From IMG/VR virus record IMGVR_UViG_3300037961_002553, positions 4,572 to 68,571 of that record: DNA of 64,000 nucleotides; one strand, written 5' to 3'. Position numbers and translations under genes: made by a program. How positions within the stretch are numbered: the stretch's first letter is position 1; every line of letters begins with the position of its first letter. This document shows, piece by piece, positions 6,991 to 17,257 of the stretch. Under the pieces are notes generated by a model, which was given only the letters and a program-made list of their open reading frames with translations, was not told the DNA's origin and made no database searches. Source of the stretch: a virus. Its lineage: Duplodnaviria; Caudoviricetes.

Positions 6991-8418
6991 ATGAAACATA
7001 CAAATGAACAAATCGCAATCTTTGATTGCATAGAAAACACAGAAGACCACCTAATTATTAATGCAGGTGCAGGAACAGGGAAAACGACAACGATTGTTGA
7101 AGCAGCAAATCGTATCAATGGACAGAAAGCCGCATTCTTGGCTTTCAATAAGTCTATTGCTACTGAATTAGCAGAAAGACTTCCAACCGATGTGGAAGCG
7201 AAAACCTTCCACGCTTTCGGATTCGCTGCGATTCGTGCGGCTGGTGTTAAAACAAAGGTGAACAATTTTAAGGTCAATAACATTATTAAAGACCTTCATG
7301 GTGCTGATTTTTATGTCGCTCCACTAAAGAAACTTGTTTCTCTCGTTAAGGGAAGTATGGTTGATGGAACCGACAAAAAGGCAATTAACCAACTGATTGA
7401 TGAATACAATATCAACTTCAATTCTGACCGTGAAGAACGAATTGCAGTAGAATCAATACCTGCAATTCTCACGATGTGCCGAACACAGACTCATATCATT
7501 GATTTTGATGACATGATTTGGATGCCCATTGTTAATGGCTATCCTTTCCCAAAATATGATGTTTTGTTTGTTGATGAAGCACAGGATTTTAACGAAGTGC
7601 AACGAGAAATGATTTCTTTGTGCGTCAATGGTGGCCGTTGTATTATTGTCGGTGATAAAAACCAAGCAATTTACGGTTTCCGTGGTGCTGATTCAAACTC
7701 AATTGCCATGTTCCGACAACGACTTCTCAAGGGTGAGAGAAAAATCAGCGAATTTCCTCTCTCAATTACTTGGCGTTGTCCTAAATCGGTTGTTCGTGAG
7801 GCCAACCGATATGTGCGTGAGTTTAATGCTCCTGATTTTGCCGAAGAAGGCACAGTTATTGTAGATGCTCCGTTCAATCCACAACGAAATGATATGGTTC
7901 TTTGCCGATACAATGCTCCTTTGGTGTCTGCTTTCTATGATTTGATTTCACAGGGCAAATCGGCTTATGTTCTTGGTCGTGATATGACGAAGGGTTTAAT
8001 TACCGCCGTTCAAAAGATTTCTAAGAACAACCACATGGGCGTTGAAGAGTTCACGCAGTTATTCCAAAAAGACTTTGCTTACAACTATCAACGACTTCTT
8101 GACCAAAACAAAGAGAATCAAGCGATGGCTCTTGAAGATAAGCGTGATTGTATTATGATTTTCGTCAAGAAAGCAACGACTGTTGGTGGAATCATTGAAG
8201 AGATTAAGCGTGTCTTTGATGGAAATGATGAAGGTGAAATCATGCTTTCAACTGTTCACAAGGCTAAAGGTCTTGAAGCAGACAATGTTTATATTCTCGC
8301 AACTGAGCGAATGCCTCATCCATACGGTAGTTTGGAAGAGAACAACATTTGCTATGTAGCGATTACACGGGCCAAAAAGAATTTGTTCTATTGTGGCCCA
8401 AAACCAGGAAAAATTTGA
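6991..8418 (+). CDS. UvrD/Rep-like superfamily 1 helicase
   Basis: AGAGTGKT, VDEAQD, VGDKNQAIYGFRGA, STVHKAKGLE, YVAITRAK. Confidence 0.95.
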   Translation: MKHTNEQIAIFDCIENTEDHLIINAGAGTGKTTTIVEAANRINGQKAAFLAFNKSIATELAERLPTDVEAKTFHAFGFAAIRAAGVKTKVNNFKVNNIIKDLHGADFYVAPLKKLVSLVKGSMVDGTDKKAINQLIDEYNINFNSDREERIAVESIPAILTMCRTQTHIIDFDDMIWMPIVNGYPFPKYDVLFVDEAQDFNEVQREMISLCVNGGRCIIVGDKNQAIYGFRGADSNSIAMFRQRLLKGERKISEFPLSITWRCPKSVVREANRYVREFNAPDFAEEGTVIVDAPFNPQRNDMVLCRYNAPLVSAFYDLISQGKSAYVLGRDMTKGLITAVQKISKNNHMGVEEFTQLFQKDFAYNYQRLLDQNKENQAMALEDKRDCIMIFVKKATTVGGIIEEIKRVFDGNDEGEIMLSTVHKAKGLEADNVYILATERMPHPYGSLEENNICYVAITRAKKNLFYCGPKPGKI

Positions 8419-8427
8419 GGTGAAAAA

Positions 8428-8643
8428 ATGAAATATGCAGAATTTATGAAAATTACAGATAAGTGGTCGGACAACGACATAGTTTGTTTCTTGATGGAAT
8501 ATCCATTGTGGAACGAAATGGTTATGCGTTTTATTATGCATAAGTGGCGTGATGATTGCCCCATTGAATATGAAGAGATTGAATGGTATGCTAATGACAA
8601 CAATATCATGGAATACACGGATTTGCCAGAGGTGGAAGAATGA
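8428..8643 (+). CDS. hypothetical protein
   Basis: GAGGTG SD; in operon. Confidence 0.7.
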   Translation: MKYAEFMKITDKWSDNDIVCFLMEYPLWNEMVMRFIMHKWRDDCPIEYEEIEWYANDNNIMEYTDLPEVEE

Positions 8644-8834
8644 TTACACGAATGCATTGTCGCCATGTTGATTATGAATTGACCGCAGAAGATTTGGAAT
8701 TGAACGAAATTTACAACATCATCCATCAACACTTTGTTTGTTTGGATTGTGGTGCAATTGGTGAACGAACATACCGTATTCCTAATAAAATCACTTGGAA
8801 CGGTAATCAAGACACCTTGCCTTTGGAGGAATAA
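8640..8834 (+). CDS. small zinc-binding protein
   Basis: CRH...CLDCG; ATGA overlap. Confidence 0.65.
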   Translation: MITRMHCRHVDYELTAEDLELNEIYNIIHQHFVCLDCGAIGERTYRIPNKITWNGNQDTLPLEE

Positions 8835-8836
8835 AT

Positions 8837-10141
8837 ATGGAATCAATCGTAGCAAAGCGAGAACTCGGTAATGGCCGATGGGATAAAGCCCTAAAGCGCA
8901 AAATGGTTGAATTGTCTGTTGCTGATAACTATGATGAAGCAAAAGAAGAATGGATTGCTACTGGTGAAGTTTGGTGGGCAGGAAACGAAGAAGTTCCTGA
9001 TTGGGTCGCTAATTCACAAATGGGACAAGGCAAATGTCTTTGTGGACATATTGTAGTTTATCACTTTCAAATCACCAACACCGAAAATGGCGTTGTTGAA
9101 TGCGTTGGTAGCGACCATATCAATACATATCTTATTATGCGAGCAATTGCAGAAGATGAGGGCATTTCAATTAATGCTATCACCGATGAGAAGATTCAAG
9201 AATGGATTGATGTGCGAACTAAATCAATGAAAGCAGAAGCGTGGTGGAAAGCCAACGGTGCTGGATTTGAAATGATGTTTGATTCTGTCAAGGAAATGGA
9301 TTTGTTCTTCAATGTTCGTGATACCAACAAAACCTTTTATGACTCTGAGATTCAAGCATATTCAACTGAAAAGCATATCCGTAAGCGAGCCGAAGGTCAA
9401 TTTGGTAGTCCTGAATATAAGATGGCTTCTATTGTTTGGCGTTGGAATCACCCAGATAATCCAAAGGCTCAAATCAATACGACAGGCTATCCGAATGATA
9501 ACTTGATGAAGGATTTGTCTTTGTTCTATGTGATGCAAGCCCAGTATCTTCCACAATTCAATAAAGCAAAGAAAGCGCGTGAAGAACGAATCTTTGAAAT
9601 TGCAGAAAGAAAGCGACGAGCAGAAGAACGAATGGAACGGGAACGAATTGCCCGTGAAGAACGAGAAGCCGAGCGTTTGCGTATTTACAATCTTCCTGAA
9701 AATGTTGAGAAGCGTCGTCTTCAAGCAATTGAAGAAGAAAAGCGTTTAGCGTCGTTGGCTGAAGCCCGACGACTTGCAGCAATTGAAGATGAAAAGCGTC
9801 GTAAAGCAAGAGCCATTCAAAGACAAATGGAGCAAGAAGACACTCTTCGGAATAATAATTCCGAGTTTGAGAATATGTGTGGCTACTATGGTATTCCAGT
9901 ATTTGATGAATCTTATGCAGGTAATGATTGGGAACGGGAGTTTTTGTCAAGTGTTAAGGAACAAATGTTGTCGGGCAAATCAATGTCCGATAGGCAACTT
10001 AGCACCATGAAAAGGATTCTAACCCAAGAGCCAGCAACATCAAAGCAAATTAACTACTTGATTAGCCTTGGCTTTGAAGGTCAAACTGATAATTTATCAA
10101 AAATGCAAGCAAGCAAGTTAATTAGTGAATATATTCAATAG
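8837..10141 (+). CDS. hypothetical protein: N-terminal Zn-binding region, central coiled coil, C-terminal PATxKQ..YL motif
   Basis: CLCGH...CVGSDH; E/R-rich helix; PATSKQINYLISLG...LSKMQASKLI. Confidence 0.8.
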   Translation: MESIVAKRELGNGRWDKALKRKMVELSVADNYDEAKEEWIATGEVWWAGNEEVPDWVANSQMGQGKCLCGHIVVYHFQITNTENGVVECVGSDHINTYLIMRAIAEDEGISINAITDEKIQEWIDVRTKSMKAEAWWKANGAGFEMMFDSVKEMDLFFNVRDTNKTFYDSEIQAYSTEKHIRKRAEGQFGSPEYKMASIVWRWNHPDNPKAQINTTGYPNDNLMKDLSLFYVMQAQYLPQFNKAKKAREERIFEIAERKRRAEERMERERIAREEREAERLRIYNLPENVEKRRLQAIEEEKRLASLAEARRLAAIEDEKRRKARAIQRQMEQEDTLRNNNSEFENMCGYYGIPVFDESYAGNDWEREFLSSVKEQMLSGKSMSDRQLSTMKRILTQEPATSKQINYLISLGFEGQTDNLSKMQASKLISEYIQ

Positions 10142-10363
10142 GCGGATTCGTGTAATCAGGTGAGGCTCGCTTTGTGCCTTGTTGTTGTTTCGCCGCCATT
10201 GATACCGCAGGTTTAAAAGTAAAAATCATCACAAGGTTCGGCATCTTTTAGATGGTTTTCCTGCACCCACTCACGGGTTTTTCCAGTAAAAACGACAATC
10301 TTTACCTCACGGAATAGTAGTGTTGCATTCTATGAGTCGTTTTCCCACACTTGAGGTGTTAAT

Positions 10364-10627
10364 ATGATTAATTGGATTAAGAAATACTTTGTTGTTGAAC
10401 AGAAAACAACACACACTAAAAAGTGCAACATATGTTATCTAAGAGCAGATTATCATATGTTGGTTCAATTCCAAAGAATTAATCTAGAAAATGTAGATAA
10501 TAAAATACTAATACAAATTTGCGAGAGTTGTTATAATGAAATTAATGAGAGATATAATCCCGACTCACAACCACCGCCTATACAAAAAGGAGTTTTTGTT
10601 GCGGAGTTGTTGGGCAGAAGAGAATAG
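10364..10627 (+). CDS. zinc-finger protein
   Basis: CNIC...CESC; GAGGTG SD. Confidence 0.65.
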   Translation: MINWIKKYFVVEQKTTHTKKCNICYLRADYHMLVQFQRINLENVDNKILIQICESCYNEINERYNPDSQPPPIQKGVFVAELLGRRE

Positions 10628-10710
10628 AAAAAGAATATTTAAAGAACTAAGGAGTTTAGGAATGCCTCCGTATCAAGCATTCCAAATATCAATAAAAAGG
10701 ATGTATGAAA

Positions 10711-10878
10711 ATGAATAAAGAAATTAAGAACAAAATGTGGTCGCTACTTGATTATGCGACCTCTACCTTGAAGCACTACGAAAACGAAAATACCCATTGG
10801 AAAACTACTCTTTCTTTGGCTCGTTTTGAAGCACAAGAATTGCTAGAATTGACAAAATCTCTGGATGAGGAGGAATGA
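10711..10878 (+). CDS. small hypothetical protein (55 aa)
   Basis: Hand-translated; ATGA overlap with the next gene. Confidence 0.55.
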   Translation: MNKEIKNKMWSLLDYATSTLKHYENENTHWKTTLSLARFEAQELLELTKSLDEEE

Positions 10879-11111
10879 ATATGGATAGTTTTATTACGAT
10901 TAAATACGGCAACACCCTTTACAATGATGGGACAATTAGCAAGACAACCATTTACAATTTTAATACTGTGGAGGCTTTCCGAACATCATGGGCAAATCGT
11001 AGCCAATTGTCAAATGCAGACTATCAAGCAAATGTTAAGGAATTGACCATTCAATGCCGAGAGTTTGTTGATGCTACTGAATACCTTAACTCTCTGGGTG
11101 AAGAAGAATGA
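10875..11111 (+). CDS. hypothetical protein
   Basis: GAGGAGG SD; coupled operon. Confidence 0.65.
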   Translation: MNMDSFITIKYGNTLYNDGTISKTTIYNFNTVEAFRTSWANRSQLSNADYQANVKELTIQCREFVDATEYLNSLGEEE

Positions 11112-11357
11112 ATCACGATGAAAGAATTGGAAACGGAGTCATGACAATGACTGTGGCTGAAATGGCCGCACTACCAACTGTTGAATTGGTTGGATTGATT
11201 TTGAATCTTCGGTTCAAACTGCGAGCATTTATGGGTGAACAACAATGAATGAAGTTATTTGTTTTCATTGCTCTAAACTTTTGGGCGTAAGTATTGATGT
11301 TGCGGAACAAGTTATTTTTTGTCTTGAATGTAAAAACATATGCGAGAAGGTGATGAT

Positions 11358-12011
11358 TTGAATATCTTTGCACTATCACGAAATCCTGTTGAAGCGGCTC
11401 AACAAATGATTGATAAGCATATTATCAAAATGCCGACTGAAACCTGTCAAATGTTGCATACTAACATTCTTTATATGCAATATGTCAAAGAACACGGTGA
11501 AGAACCTCAATTGAAAGACCTTAAGGCTTTTCACCTCGCCACCGAGTCAAAATTAATGAAGCCAGCCATGCTCAACCACCCCTCAACCATTTGGGCGAGG
11601 CAAACTTATGCTAATTGGAACTGGCTTTATGAACATGGCTTGGCTCTTTGTGATGAATATACTTATCGCTACGAGAAAAAGCATGGGACTCTACAAAGAA
11701 TCCTTGATTGTGTTCCTTACTTTGATGTGGTGTTTGAACACCCTTTTCAAAAGAAGCGACTACAACCTGTTTCAATTGCTATGGACGACCAGTATCGGAT
11801 TTCTAATCCAATGGATATTCCTAACTGGGATTTTGTGATTGAATCATATCGCCACTATTACCTTGAGGGCAAGTGGCGTATTGCTGAATGGCGTAAGAAC
11901 CGCCGACCTGAATGGTTTCCAGCAAACCACTACGCAAAGAAATATAATGTAGGTGTTCGTGCTTACAATGCTCGTAAGCCACGATACCCACAACAACTGA
12001 TGGAGGAATAA
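11358..12011 (+). CDS. pyrimidine-dimer DNA glycosylase / T4 endonuclease V-like protein
   Basis: (M)NIFALSRNPVEAAQQMIDKHIIKMPTETCQML, NHPSTIWAR, LCDEYTYRYEKKH, YRHYY; TTG start. Confidence 0.8.
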   Translation: MNIFALSRNPVEAAQQMIDKHIIKMPTETCQMLHTNILYMQYVKEHGEEPQLKDLKAFHLATESKLMKPAMLNHPSTIWARQTYANWNWLYEHGLALCDEYTYRYEKKHGTLQRILDCVPYFDVVFEHPFQKKRLQPVSIAMDDQYRISNPMDIPNWDFVIESYRHYYLEGKWRIAEWRKNRRPEWFPANHYAKKYNVGVRAYNARKPRYPQQLMEE

Positions 12012-12013
12012 AT

Positions 12014-12253
12014 ATGGTGGACTTAAATGAAGAAATGATTGAAGAAATATACGCAATACTTAAGGATGGTTGTAGTCAAACTGAATCTTGGTCTATTGAG
12101 AATAGAGTTAATGTGTATAGGCTACATTTTATCAAGATGTATATTGATAAAATGATTTATGGGACTTCTAATAAAGAAGTAGAGAATATGTTTGCAGAAT
12201 GGAATATCCCCAGACTGATTAATAAAGAAAAACCAGACGGATGGGAGGAATGA
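12014..12253 (+). CDS. hypothetical protein
   Basis: GGAGG SD. Confidence 0.6.
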   Translation: MVDLNEEMIEEIYAILKDGCSQTESWSIENRVNVYRLHFIKMYIDKMIYGTSNKEVENMFAEWNIPRLINKEKPDGWEE

Positions 12254-12507
12254 CAATGTATAGTGAGATTGAAATGACAATGCTTGAGTCTCTCAAGAAA
12301 GAATTTGGAGAGACTTACGAAGCATTAGAAGAAGTAATCGTGATGGATAAATTGCGAATTGCTCAAGAATTGTATAACAAAACAGTTGATGATTATCGTG
12401 GAAACCAATCAGCCAAAAACTACAATATGCTGGTGGTTGCTATGATTTGTCTCCAATATTGGGGGCAAAAGAAAGTCAAACTGTTTTCTCTTACGGAGGA
12501 CTTTTGA
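12250..12507 (+). CDS. hypothetical protein
   Basis: GGAGG SD, ATGA overlap. Confidence 0.6.
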   Translation: MTMYSEIEMTMLESLKKEFGETYEALEEVIVMDKLRIAQELYNKTVDDYRGNQSAKNYNMLVVAMICLQYWGQKKVKLFSLTEDF

Positions 12508-12619
12508 ATGTGTGGAGCAATTTCAGTTCCATGCAAAACAGAAGGTTGTGAACGCTTCACAAAAGAAGAGTATTGTTCACAATGTAAAACAAATATGAAT
12601 CATTTAACAGGTGTTTAAA

Positions 12620-12922
12620 ATGGAATGTAAAAAATGTGAAGGAAAGGGATGGTATAAAGTCCCAAATCATCGTCTTGAAATTATGGAGAATGTTGAATGT
12701 ATGGATTGTTTAGCACATGAACACTTCAAAGACCACTTGAAAGACGAATTATCTCGCTTGTTAATCAACACAAGTCCACAAAAACTGGCACAAATTGTAG
12801 CACAGTTAGTCGTTAATTCGGTGGATAGAAACGAGAATGACGACATTCAGCGCATTGAGGGCATCATTCATACGAAGAATGTCTTGAATGCGCTCACGCT
12901 TGCAGAAGCGTATTCACAGTAG
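12620..12922 (+). CDS. protein with CxxCxGxG zinc ribbon
   Basis: MECKKCEGKG...CMDC. Confidence 0.65.
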   Translation: MECKKCEGKGWYKVPNHRLEIMENVECMDCLAHEHFKDHLKDELSRLLINTSPQKLAQIVAQLVVNSVDRNENDDIQRIEGIIHTKNVLNALTLAEAYSQ

Positions 12923-12935
12923 GAATGGTTCACAT

Positions 12936-13011
12936 GGGCGTATGGTGTAATAGGATAGCATTTTGGCCTTCTAAGCCGAAGATTCGGGTTCAAATCCTGA
13001 TACGCCCGCCA
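12936..13011 (+). tRNA. tRNA-Arg (TCT) with encoded CCA
   Basis: Acceptor GGGCGTA/TACGCCC-G-CCA; anticodon arm TTGGC-CTTCTAA-GCCGA. Confidence 0.93.
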
Positions 13012-13122
13012 TTCCTTCTGTATGACCAACTTTTCGGTTGCGAGTCGCCCAAAATTGCGTTCTTTATATACACTCATGGGAACTCGTTTCACCCGAACTA
13101 ATATGAATAAAGAGGAAGAAAT

Positions 13123-13494
13123 ATGCACACAGAACAAGAAACAATACAAACCGTGTTGCTCAATGTAATGTTGAACAATGACGGTGCAACAACAGAAGAA
13201 TTAAAAAATGCTTTAATTCATGCTGGTTTGATTAAGCCAACAACGAATACTATGGACAACACAATTAGAGCAGGAATGATTGCATTACAAAGGCGATTTG
13301 CTAAGCAATTTAATATTGTATTGCATACAATTAGTCCCCATATCAAACAAAGAAAATACATTCCTTTTGAGAAGGCTAAGCAATTTTGCATAGATAATCT
13401 TTTGGAAGAGATGTATGATGAGGACGGAAACCATGTTGGATATTATTTCCAACACCCAATAGCACTAAGTAAAGAGAGGATTGATTTAATATGA
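13123..13494 (+). CDS. hypothetical protein (possible winged-helix N-terminus)
   Basis: Preceded by TCTTTATATA (13061) and GAGG SD. Confidence 0.65.
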   Translation: MHTEQETIQTVLLNVMLNNDGATTEELKNALIHAGLIKPTTNTMDNTIRAGMIALQRRFAKQFNIVLHTISPHIKQRKYIPFEKAKQFCIDNLLEEMYDEDGNHVGYYFQHPIALSKERIDLI

Positions 13495-13739
13495 CCCCAA
13501 GAATACCAAATGTAGAATTTAGAATAATTGACGCAGAAGATATGCCACCAATGGTTATATCACAGAATGAAAAGGATGAACCAAAGGTAGTGATTAACAC
13601 TTATCACCGACTTTGGTTAAGTCTTAACCGACGATTGATTGCTGGCATCATTGATGCTTTGCCTGAAAAACTAGATATGATTTTGACTTCATATCTTAAG
13701 GAACAGCGAAACTTTGAAAAAATGGATAGGGAGGAATAA
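13491..13739 (+). CDS. hypothetical protein
   Basis: Coupled ORF. Confidence 0.65.
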   Translation: MTPRIPNVEFRIIDAEDMPPMVISQNEKDEPKVVINTYHRLWLSLNRRLIAGIIDALPEKLDMILTSYLKEQRNFEKMDREE

Positions 13740-13741
13740 AT

Positions 13742-14167
13742 ATGGCTAATGGAATACAAAAGGAATGCATAATGTGTAAAGCAACATTTGTTACGAGAAC
13801 AATTTCTTCTGCTTCTTGGCAGAAACATTGTGAAGAGTGTCAAATCACAAGAAAGAGAGAACAACACATTCACCGAACTCAATCAAGGATTGAGAACCTT
13901 GAAGAATCTCTTCGCTCAGAAATGAAAACTTTGAGCCATAAAGTGTCAGATATTGATATTCTAATCTCAGCAGAGATTAGTAATGCCTTATCCAAACTTA
14001 CAGATAATGATTTGTATGAGGCTTTGATGGCTTCCATGCAAAAACAAATTGATGCATTTATGTCTCAGATTGAGGCAGATAACAAAAAGTTTAGAGAAAA
14101 GATGCAAAGGCAATTGCTCACCATGAACAACAAATTAGTAAAAATTATGCAGGAGATGGAAGAATGA
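13742..14167 (+). CDS. zinc-finger plus coiled-coil protein
   Basis: CIMC...CEEC followed by a heptad helix. Confidence 0.7.
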   Translation: MANGIQKECIMCKATFVTRTISSASWQKHCEECQITRKREQHIHRTQSRIENLEESLRSEMKTLSHKVSDIDILISAEISNALSKLTDNDLYEALMASMQKQIDAFMSQIEADNKKFREKMQRQLLTMNNKLVKIMQEMEE

Positions 14168-14279
14168 TTAAAACATTGGCAAAGATTGCATTTTGGGGAA
14201 CAGTCGGCGTAGCAACGGGTGTTGTGGGTATTGGCTTACTTGCCGCCCTTGACGATGCAGATTACCCTTTGGAGTAGGT

Positions 14280-14294
14280 GGACTCCTTTATATA
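14280..14294 (+). promoter_or_regulatory. conserved viral promoter GGACTCCTTTATATA (copy 2), driving the Ubl gene
   Basis: Identical to the 5623 and 30221 copies. Confidence 0.75.
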
Positions 14295-14332
14295 CTTTGG
14301 AAGAGTAGAGAAAACACAACGGAGATGATAAT

Positions 14333-14539
14333 ATGATTAAGTTGAGAATTATGAACGAAACGGGACACACAGAAGTTGTCCTTGCAGAAAGCGAAGTTAT
14401 TGACCAAATTGACCAGCACCCGACCCATTGGGTGTTTATTGACGGTGAAATGGTTGCTAGAGAATCTATCGGGGAAATTAACTGGGACACCGTTCAATCG
14501 GTGGATTTGACCCCCGCTATTGTTGGAGGAAGTTATTGA
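14333..14539 (+). CDS. ubiquitin-like beta-grasp protein (ThiS/MoaD/SAMP type) precursor ending GG-SY
   Basis: 68 aa; WVFIDGEMV and VDLTPAIVGG match the ThiS/MoaD pattern (V.vNG / V.i.PavaGG). Confidence 0.75.
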   Translation: MIKLRIMNETGHTEVVLAESEVIDQIDQHPTHWVFIDGEMVARESIGEINWDTVQSVDLTPAIVGGSY

Positions 14540-14574
14540 GATTAATTTCTCTTAACTCTTCCAAACCACCATTC

Positions 14575-14619
14575 GGGGGTAGCGTAGGATTTAATCCATC
14601 CTGCGCTATCCCCTTTTTT
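14575..14619 (+). terminator. strong hairpin plus T-tract terminator after the Ubl gene
   Basis: GGGGTAGCGTAGGAT...ATCCTGCGCTATCCCC-TTTTTT. Confidence 0.75.
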
Positions 14620-14621
14620 GG

Positions 14622-15005
14622 GTGATGACACCCGATTTGATAAATTTTATCAACCAAAATGGATTAAAAATAATGCTAGACCTCAAAGGATGGACTTATT
14701 CCTCCGCTATTGAGATAAATGGTTTAGCAGTAGTCAAACCCGACTTTTACCCACCCCGCCATGTCCTCGCTATGGGCAAGAGGGGCTACATTTATTGCGA
14801 CGGGCAGACTCGGATAGATTACGCAGGGCAAGTGTTTTCATCAACAGATGAATTACTCAATACCTGCGGAGAAGAAGCAATTCTTCATTTTAAGGACTGG
14901 GTATTCCTTGAAGAAAAAGAATGGGTGATAACCGATGGTAGTCGTTGGTTAGCCTCATTCTCAAATCTTTCAGAATTACCTAAAAGAAGTAAATATAGGT
15001 GTTAA
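14622..15005 (+). CDS. hypothetical protein
   Basis: 127-aa ORF between the Ubl gene and the RNR gene. Confidence 0.6.
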   Translation: MMTPDLINFINQNGLKIMLDLKGWTYSSAIEINGLAVVKPDFYPPRHVLAMGKRGYIYCDGQTRIDYAGQVFSSTDELLNTCGEEAILHFKDWVFLEEKEWVITDGSRWLASFSNLSELPKRSKYRC

Positions 15006-15007
15006 AT

Positions 15008-16873
15008 ATGACTCAAGCCCCAAACAAAAAGATTTTATCAGATATTACTGTTCACATGAAATATGCAAAATACAACCCAGAATTACTCCGAAGAGAATCG
15101 TGGGATGAAATTGTTGAAAGAAATATGCAAATGCACATCAAAACCTATCCTCAATTAGAAGAGGATATTCGTGATGTTTATACTCACTTTGTCAAAACCA
15201 AGAAAGTTTTGCCTTCCATGCGCTCAATGCAATTTGGTGGTAAGCCAATTGAGATTAGCCCAAACCGTGTCTATAATTGTGCTTATATGCCAATTGATAC
15301 TCACATCGCTTTTAGCGAGGCCATGTTTCTTTTGTTAGGAGGAACAGGTGTTGGATATTCTGTTCAGCGACACCATGTAGAATTAATGTCTGCAATTCAG
15401 CATCCTAATCCAAATCGCCAACGACGATATTTAGTAAATGATTCTATTGAAGGTTGGGCTGATGCAGTAAAGATTCTAATGGAATGTTATACGGGTGTTA
15501 GAACATCTACGCCTACATTTGATTATTCAGACATTAGACCAAAAGGTTCTCTTTTGAAAACTTCTGGTGGAAAAGCGCCAGGCCCACAACCATTGAGAGA
15601 ATGTCTCGTTAAAATTGAAGGTATGCTTCAAAACATTCCTAATGGTTCTATGTTGAAACCAATTCAAGCACACGATATTATGTGTCATATTGCCGATGCT
15701 GTTCTTAGTGGTGGTATTCGTCGTGCGGCTATGATTAGTTTATTTTCAGCAGACGACCATGAAATGATTGCTTGTAAATCTGGTAATTGGTGGGAAAACA
15801 ATCCCCAAAGAGGCAGAGCAAACAATTCAGCAGTTCTTTTGAGACACCGAGTAACAAAAGAATTCTTTATGGATTTGTGGAACAGAATCAAAGCATCTGG
15901 TTCTGGAGAACCTGGAATTTATTTCAATAATGATAAAGACTGGGGAACAAATCCCTGTTGTGAAATTGCACTCCGACCATATCAATTCTGCAATCTAACT
16001 GAGGTTAATGCTTCAGATATTACAGACCAAGCAGATTTAGAGTCAAGAGTTTCTGCCGCCGCTTTCCTCGGAACACTTCAAGCAGGATATACTGATTTCC
16101 ACTATCTTCGTGAAGTTTGGCGTAAAGCAACAGAAAAGGATGCTTTGCTCGGTGTTTCCATGACAGGTATTGCTTCAAATGTTGTTGAACATTTGGATTT
16201 AGAAATGGCCGCTTACGAAGTTAAGAAGGAGAATGAGCGTGTTGCCAAAGAAATCGGTATTAATCCAGCATCAAGAACAACCTGTGTTAAACCTGCTGGA
16301 ACAACTTCTCTTGTGTTAGGCACTTCTTCGGGGATTCATGCTTATCACGATGAGTATTACATTCGCCGTTTGCGTGTTGGTAAGAATGAAGCAATCTATG
16401 GTTATCTCGCAAATAATCATCCCGAATTGGTTGAGGATGAGTTCTTCAACCCGCACGAACAAGCAGTTATTTCAGTTCCTCAAAAAGCACCCGAAGGTGC
16501 AATTACACGCCACGAATCGGTATTTGATTTGTTAGAGCGAGTCAAAAACTTTAGTATTCGTTGGGTTCGTGCAGGGCATAATGATGGACTGAATACCCAC
16601 AATGTTTCCGCCACAATTTCTATTAAAGAAGATGAATGGGAAACAGTAGCCGATTGGATGTGGTTAAACCGACATTACTATAATGGTCTGTCTGTTCTCC
16701 CGTATGACGGAGGCACATATACTCAAGCACCTTTTGAAACCTGTGATAAAGAAACCTATGATAAATTGACCGAAACACTTCAAGATGTTGATTTAACAAT
16801 GGTTCAAGAATTACAAGATGATACAGACCTTTCGGGCGAATTAGCCTGTGCTGGTGGTGCTTGCGAAATCTAA
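15008..16873 (+). CDS. nrdJ: class II (adenosylcobalamin-dependent) ribonucleotide reductase
   Basis: LPSMRSM, YNCAY, GGIRRAA, TNPCCEI, TCVKPAGT, C-terminal CAGGACEI; no beta subunit in the window. Confidence 0.9.
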   Translation: MTQAPNKKILSDITVHMKYAKYNPELLRRESWDEIVERNMQMHIKTYPQLEEDIRDVYTHFVKTKKVLPSMRSMQFGGKPIEISPNRVYNCAYMPIDTHIAFSEAMFLLLGGTGVGYSVQRHHVELMSAIQHPNPNRQRRYLVNDSIEGWADAVKILMECYTGVRTSTPTFDYSDIRPKGSLLKTSGGKAPGPQPLRECLVKIEGMLQNIPNGSMLKPIQAHDIMCHIADAVLSGGIRRAAMISLFSADDHEMIACKSGNWWENNPQRGRANNSAVLLRHRVTKEFFMDLWNRIKASGSGEPGIYFNNDKDWGTNPCCEIALRPYQFCNLTEVNASDITDQADLESRVSAAAFLGTLQAGYTDFHYLREVWRKATEKDALLGVSMTGIASNVVEHLDLEMAAYEVKKENERVAKEIGINPASRTTCVKPAGTTSLVLGTSSGIHAYHDEYYIRRLRVGKNEAIYGYLANNHPELVEDEFFNPHEQAVISVPQKAPEGAITRHESVFDLLERVKNFSIRWVRAGHNDGLNTHNVSATISIKEDEWETVADWMWLNRHYYNGLSVLPYDGGTYTQAPFETCDKETYDKLTETLQDVDLTMVQELQDDTDLSGELACAGGACEI

Positions 16874-16882
16874 GGTGATTAA

Positions 16883-17257
16883 ATGAAACTCTCCAAAATT
16901 TCTAATTTTGAAGAGTATTTAGATGTAATAACAATAATGGCTAGAGATTTATCGGATGAATCTTTACATAGAATAGGTATGGCAATCAATGTCTGTGATT
17001 CTTACATGGATGAGCAGGAAAAAATATATAGGCTAAATACCACTCTCAAAAAATGTCTGTGGGAATATGAAGAAGCAATCAACATGGGCTTTCACAAATT
17101 CATAATCAAACAGACAGGTAAAATTAAAGAATTGCTTAACTACCACCACTATAATTGTGAAGGAGAATCATGCGATGTTTGTAATATATTGAAAGAAACT
17201 AAAATAAAAATGGTGATTAATAATGAAAGAGAAGAACCCGCAATATATTCTCAATAA
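16883..17257 (+). CDS. hypothetical protein
   Basis: GGTGA SD. Confidence 0.6.
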   Translation: MKLSKISNFEEYLDVITIMARDLSDESLHRIGMAINVCDSYMDEQEKIYRLNTTLKKCLWEYEEAINMGFHKFIIKQTGKIKELLNYHHYNCEGESCDVCNILKETKIKMVINNEREEPAIYSQ

